35,600 nucleotides of DNA. Source: Chiloscyllium plagiosum. Its lineage: Eukaryota. How positions within the stretch are numbered: the stretch's first letter is position 1; each line of letters opens with the position of its first letter. The position numbers and the translations under genes are program-made. Under the pieces are notes generated by a model that was given only the letters and a program-made list of their open reading frames with translations, searched no databases and was not told the origin of the DNA. Positions 34,501 through 35,600 of the stretch are shown here, in pieces. The DNA lies in contig NC_057746.1 in NCBI RefSeq assembly GCF_004010195.1, forward strand, positions 33,192,074-33,227,673, in the 5' to 3' direction.

Positions 34501-35600
34501 GACTGTGCACAGGGCTACATTACTGTGCTGAACACAATGGACAGAGCATGACTGTGCACAGGGCTACATTACCGTGCTGAACATGGTGGGCAGAGTGTGA
34601 CTGTACACAGATCTATATTACTGTACTGAACACAATAAACAGAGAAACACTATACACAGGGCTATAATACCATGTTGAACAAAATGGACAGAGTGTGACT
34701 GGACACAGATCTAAATCACTGTACGGAACACAGTGGACAAAGTGTGACTGTATACAGGGCTATATTACTATGCTGAACATAATGGACAGAGCGTGACTGT
34801 ACACAGGCCTATATTACTGCACTGAACACAATGGGTAGAGTGTGACTGCACACAGGACAATATTATTGTGCTGAACATAATGGACAGAGTATGACTGTGC
34901 ACAAGGCTACATTACCCCTGCTGAACACAGTGGACAGTGTGTGACTATACCTGGGGCTATAATACCATGTTGAACAAAGTGGACAGAATGTGACTGTACA
35001 CAGGGCTATATTACCACACTGAACACAGTGGAAAGAGTGTGACTGTACACATGGCTATATTACTGTGCTGAACACAGTGGACAGTGTGACTGTACGCAGG
35101 GCGATATTATTGTGCTGAACATAGTGGACAGTGTGTGACTGTACACAGGGCGATATTATTGTGCTGAACATAGTGAACAACATGTGACTGTACACAGGGC
35201 TACATTACTGTGCTGAACACATGGACATCGTGTGACTGTGCACAGGGCTACATTACCATGCTGAACACAGAGGACAGTGTGCAACTGTACACTGGGCTAC
35301 AATACTGTGTTGAACAAAGTGGACAGAGTGTGACTGTACACAGGGCTATATTACTGCACTGAACACTGTGGACAGAGTGTGATTGTACACAGGGCTACGC
35401 TACATGCTGAACACAATGGTCAGTGTGACTGTAGACAGGGCTGTATTACTATGCTGAATACAATGGACAGAGTGTGACTGTACATCGGGCTACATTACAG
35501 TGCTGAATACAATGGACAGAGTGTTATTACTGTCCTATACACAATGGACAGTGTGTGACTACACAGCACAATACTACTGTGCTGAACACAGTGGACAGAG
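31545..35600. repeat. 49-bp tandem array, more than 4 kb, running off the window (consensus CAGGGCTATATTACTGTGCTGAACACAGTGGACAGAGTGTGACTGTACA)
   Basis: Period of 49 read directly (ATTACTGTGC at 34031 and 34080). Units are diverged, with higher-order duplications. Confidence 0.97.

Noticed and set aside
31545-35600. CRISPR-like array or coding ORFs in the 49-bp repeat
   Set aside because: Units are contiguous with no unique spacers, there are no cas genes, and the context is vertebrate. The ORFs are frame-cycling translations of a repeat whose length is not a multiple of three.

Overview
Eukaryotic, repeat-rich genomic DNA, most likely from a cartilaginous fish (shark-type CR1 LINEs, HE1-like tRNA-derived SINEs, Penelope remnants). 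It holds two spliced immune-type genes arranged head-to-head about 11.7 kb apart. (1) On the minus strand is an intact 5-exon immunoglobulin-superfamily gene, Leader-V(J)-C1-C1-C1 (11069->1526, 458 aa by my splice model). Its V and J-like strands are already joined in one germline exon. I found no RSS, no D/J segments, and no hinge or transmembrane exon in the window, and there is one unpaired Cys in the J-like strand. This fits the non-rearranging, MHC-linked shark 'antibody' UrIg as I recall it; the identification rests on architecture, not on a database search. (2) On the plus strand is a 6-exon RING-Bbox-coiled-coil-PRY/SPRY TRIM gene (22762->31194, 486 aa; TRIM69/TRIM39/NF7-like). A 28-bp G-rich minisatellite occupies 1-1420. 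A 49-bp tandem array starts at ~31545 and runs off the window end; its unit contains inverted RSS-heptamer-like motifs. Most short ORFs in the track are transposon or repeat noise.
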